Source: Macrostomum hystrix (taxonomy: Eukaryota > Animalia > Platyhelminthes). Taken from it: a stretch of DNA of 64,000 nt. Both the position numbers and the translations under genes were made by a program. This document shows positions 59,670 through 64,000 of the stretch, piece after piece. Below the pieces are notes generated by a model. It ran no database searches. It saw nothing but the letters and a program-made list of their open reading frames with translations, and was not told the DNA's origin. Where the stretch lies: assembly GCA_950097015.1 (NCBI GenBank), contig CATNEN010000039.1, forward strand, positions 15,252,001 through 15,316,000. The letters are read 5' to 3'. Position 1 is the first letter of the stretch. Each line of letters begins with the position of its first letter.

Positions 59670-62600
59670 ATGACCGACACTGAAGCTTTTCACAATCCGA
59701 TCGCACCCGCCGATCACGACGATTATCATCACCATGGCGGTGCCGGAGAAGGCGATCTTTCGCCTGACGAGTCTCGCCTAAATCATCACCAGCAGCAGCA
59801 ACTGCACCGTCTGACCAATGACGATTTTCGTCGGCTGTTGAATACTCCGAGATCGTCTAACGCCAGTTCGGCCACGCCAGCTGCGACTCCGGCTTCCGGG
59901 TCGCGTGGCAGCGGCGGCGGCACCTTTGCTCGACCGAAACGACCAGGTGACCCATCTTATTGGTGCTTTCTCCCATTATTAGATCCCTCAGGTTACTGAC
60001 TCAATCCCTCAGGTTACTGACTCAATCCCTTATGTTACTGACTCAATCCCTCAGGTTACTGACTCAATCCCTCAGGTTACTGACTCAATCCCTCAGGTTA
60101 CTGGCTCAATCCCTCAGGTTGCTGACTCAATCCCCCAGGTTACTGACTCGATCCCTTAGGACAGTAATTCAATCCCTCAGGGTACTGACTCAATCCCTCA
60201 GGTTACTGACTCGATCCCTTTGGACAGTAATTCAATCCCTCAGGGTACTGACTCAATCCCTCAGGTTACTGACTCAATCCCTCAGGTTACTGGCTCAATC
60301 CCTCAGGTTGCTGACTCAATCCCCCAGGTTACTGACTCGATCCCTTAGGACAGTAATTCAATCCCTCAGGGTACTGACTCAATCCCTCAGGTTACTGACT
60401 CGATCCCTTTGGACAGTAATTCAATCCCTCAGGGTACTGACTCAATCCCTCAGGGTACTGACTCAATCCCTCAGGTTACTGACTCAATCCCTCAGGTTAC
60501 TGACTCAATCCCTCAGGTTACTGATTCAATCCCTCAGGTTACTGACTCAATCCCTCAGGTTGCTGACTCAATCCCTCAGGTTACTGACTCAATCCCTCAG
60601 GTTACTGACTCAATCCCTCAGGTTACTGGCTCAATCCCTCAGGTTGCTGACTCAATCCCCCAGGTTACTGACTCGATCCCTTAGGACAGTAATTCAATCC
60701 CTCAGGGTACTGACTCAATCCCTCAGGTTACTGACTCGATCCCTTTGGACAGTAATTCAATCCCTCAGGGTACTGACTCAATCCCTCAGGTTACTGACTC
60801 AATCCCTCAGGTTACTTGCTCAATCCCTCAGGTTGCTGACTCAATCCCCCAGGTTACTGACTCGATCCCTTAGGACAGTAATTCAATCCCTCAGGGTACT
60901 GACTCAATCCCTCAGGTTACTGACTCGATCCCTTTGGACAGTAATTCAATCCCTCAGGGTACTGACTCAATCCCTCAGGTTACTGACTCGATCCCTTTGG
61001 ACAGAAATTCAATCCCTCAGGGTACTGACTCAATCCCTCAGGGTACTGACTCAATCCCTCAGGTTACTGACTCAATCCCTCAGGTTACTGACTCAATCCC
61101 TCAGGTTACCGATTCAATCCCTCAGGTTACTGACTCAATCCCTCAGGTTACTGACTCGATCCCTTTGGACAGTAATTCAATCCCTCAGGGTACTGACTCA
61201 ATCCCTCAGGTTACCGATTCAATCCCTCAGGTTACTGACTCAATCCCTCAGGTTACTGACTCGATCCCTTTGGACAGTAATTCAATCCCTCAGGTTGCTG
61301 ACTCAATCCCACAGGTTACTGACTCAATCCCTCAGGTTACTGACTCAATCCCTCAGGTTACTGGCTTAATCCCTCAGGTTGCTGACTCAATCCCCCAGGT
61401 TACTGACTCAATCCCTCAGGTTGCTGACTCAATCCCTCAGGTTGCTGACTCAATCCCTCAGGTTACTGACTCAATCCCTCAGGTTACTGACTCAATCCCT
61501 CAGGTTACTGGCTCAATCCCTCAGGTTGCTGACTCAATCCCCCAGGTTACTGACTCGATCCCTTAGGACAGTAATTCAATCCCTCAGGGTACTGACTCAA
61601 TCCCTCAGGGTACTGACTCGATCCCTTAGGACAGTAATTCAATCCCTCAGGGTACTGACTCAATCCCTCAGGGTACTGACTCAATCCCTCAGGGTACTGA
61701 CTCGATCCCTTAGGACAGTAATTCAATCCCTCAGGGTACTGACTCAATCCCTCAGGGTACTGACTCAATCCCTCAGGGTACTGACTCGATCCTTTAGGAC
61801 AGTAATTCAATTCCTGAGGTACTTGATCTTTCAGGTTACTGACTCAATCCCTCAGATTGCTGATTCAATCCCTCAGGGTACTGACTTGATCTTTCATGCT
61901 AATTACTCAACCCTTCATGTTTTTTAAGCTACCCGTATAAAGCCTTCAATGCAACTTTCATTAAAACTGTTTTTTAAATTGCTCAGCTGACTCGGCCGCA
62001 GCCAGTGAGCGCAAGAAAAAGAAGGCCGCCTGGCTGGCGAAGCAGCGTGCCAAAAAGGAGGCGGCAGCCGGCGGCGGCGACGGGGCCGACGGTGAACTCG
62101 GCCCCGGCAGCGATGCCTACAGAGATCGGGCCAAAGAGAGACGAGCCGGCGGGGGCTCGGAGGTTGAAGTGTCTGCCACCACAGATTACAGGTGAGCAGG
62201 ACTGCAAAGAACAATAATCTAGATTTTTACATCATCAGAGGGATACCAGTAGTTCGCTGGTTAGAGCAACGGACTCTTTATTGAGACGTCGAGAGTTCGA
62301 ATCCGCTCTTGGGTCAACAGTTAGTTTGTGTGCTTAAGGTCGCGAGTTCGAATCCACAACAGTGTATAATACCGGCATTAGCTGGGGTAAAATTCTGGTG
62401 GGTCTGACAGCTTCCCACCAGCCTACGGACTGTGAAAATTTTGCATTTAGATGCTCCGCGCAATGTACATCTGGCTGAATATCTGCCACAACTATGCAAG
62501 GGAAAATTTAATTAGTGTATGTACAATTCTTTCGTCAACAGATCCGTGGCTCCGGGCGCCGGCGACGCCCAGCAGACTGCTGCCAGCGCCGAACGTCGCA

Positions 62601-64000
62601 AACAGCTGATTGAAGAGAGTAAATACCTTGGCGGCGATATGGATCACACTCACCTGGTCAAGGGTCTGGACTATGCATTGTTAGATAAGACTCGAGCTCG
62701 CATTCAGGCCGCCGAGCTGGCTGGTGACACGGAGGGCGTCGACGCCGGCGGCGACGTCGGTGGCGTCGGTGTTGGCGGCGGCCGAATTGCTGCCGTCGAC
62801 GTCGACGAGGTCGCCGCCGCGGCTGCCGCTGCTGAAGCCGCCGCGGCTGCCTCGGCTGCTGCAGCGGCCCTAGCGGCTTCTTCAAAGTCGTCCGCAGCAG
62901 CCGCAGCCGAAGCCGCCGCCGCTGTGGCCAACGCCAAGACGGCGATGGGCCGGTCGGTGCTGCGTGTGCTACTGGACAAGGGCCGTCCGCTGCAGCGCAA
63001 CGACCTGGTAAGCGAATCGAGTTCATCAGTTCATTGTAGCCCAATTGCAACCCGCATTTCTAAGAAACACGCGCCCCGCCGCCGATTTTACGATTAGTTC
63101 GCCCCCGGCCGCATGGCCTACCGCATCGATCTCGAGGAGGAATTCGCCGAATTCGACGTGCCAACCACCATCATTCGTAGCAAGGTGGAGTGCCCGTCCG
63201 GTCCAGATAGCTCCGTCACCACAAACGACATCATCATTAGCAAGCTGGCCCAAATCATTAGCTATTTGCGAGTCGGCCGAAGACAAGCAAAGAAAGCAAA
63301 ACAGCAGCAGCAGCAGCAGCAGCCGCCGCCGCCGCAGCAACAGCAGCAGCAGGCCGGCAAGTCGGGCACCGGGCCGTCGACATCTGGAGCGCCTCCCGTC
63401 GGAGTTGGCTTCTCAATCTACGACGAAGACGAATTGGCTGCGAGTGCTGGCGCCGGTGGCGGACGGTCCGGCCGTGACCGCGACAGAGTCGACCGCGATT
63501 TGGCGGCTCGCCGGTGGGTGTCGCTCTGGCTCTTGTGGTTAATTACACTTGACCTTATACGGCATTAGTCAGTCAATATAGTATGACCACCCCATATTAA
63601 ATATCGTCGGGGTGTCTGTTGTCTGTCCGTCCAAAAACTGGTTCGGAGCTATCGTAAAGTTCGCAGTGGGTATTTGAAATACTGCTACGTGGTATTTTCT
63701 ACTGTTTATCGGTTTAAAAATTTTGCGATAATGATTAAAACCACTTGGAGTGGATTTTTATCTTCTCAATATTCAGAGACGCTCGCTCGCAGCATTACGG
63801 ACGCGATCATAGAGCTGACCGCGATCATCGAGATCGTGACCGCGATCGTGACCGCGAACGAGACCGCGAACGCGACCGCGATCGTGACCGCGATCGTGAC
63901 CGCGATCGAGACAGACGCGACCGCGATCGTGACCGCGAGCGATCCGAACGGACCTCAACCCTTCCGCCGCCGACTACGGCGACAACGGCGACAGCGTCTC
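59670..64000 (+). CDS. IK: Protein Red / IK (spliceosomal); exons 59670-59946, 61987-62191, 62542-63007, 63098-63513, 63777->64000; 3' end outside the window
   Basis: [73 protein letters not shown] repeats; in-frame GT-AG junctions. Confidence 0.92.
59984..61910. repeat. 21-bp intronic minisatellite CCCTCAGGTTACTGACTCAAT
   Basis: Direct tandem copies filling IK intron 1. Confidence 0.95.
62244..62400 (+). mobile_element. Probable tRNA-derived SINE remnant in IK intron 2
   Basis: A-box-like TAGTTCGCTGG and two B boxes GAGTTCGAATCC (~62293, ~62344); no clean cloverleaf. Confidence 0.45.

Noticed and set aside
56463-61927. Repetitive ORFs (LSHLSRV..., LRLLTQS..., TDSIPQV...)
   Set aside because: Translations of intergenic and intronic minisatellites
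62244-62315. tRNA gene
   Set aside because: A/B boxes present but the stems do not form; treated as a SINE head

Overview
Eukaryotic (animal) genomic DNA, very rich in minisatellites and transposable elements. The style suggests a flatworm such as Macrostomum, but that is inference only. Host genes: a spliced TAK1/MAP3K7 kinase (53851-56270, +), IK/RED (59670 to past the window end, +), a Ly6/LU-like GPI-anchored gene (16728-17608, +), an isolated last exon of an AADAC/HSL-type esterase, and three fragments of GH31 alpha-glucosidase genes (all on -). Mobile elements: (1) the 3' part of a Ty3/Gypsy element carrying an intact J-domain (DnaJ) ORF in the env position, before the PPT and 3' LTR; (2) a decayed second Gypsy pol; (3) a young I-group LINE (APE-RT-RNaseH) with TSD, nested in an older LINE; (4) a ~16 kb Polinton/Maverick (20899-37052) with a predicted spliced pPolB, ATPase, protease, major/minor capsid and integrase, plus a TBP-like gene, a PC4-like gene and a zinc-finger/acidic ORF; (5) a truncated RTE LINE; (6) a full-length EnSpm/CACTA-type element with TIRs and a 3-bp TSD; (7) a hAT-type MITE. 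The best candidates for undescribed biology are the Polinton's apparent private transcription module (divergent TBP + PC4 + activator-like ORF) and the J-domain-bearing Gypsy element. All protein calls come from motif recognition by eye; no searches were run.
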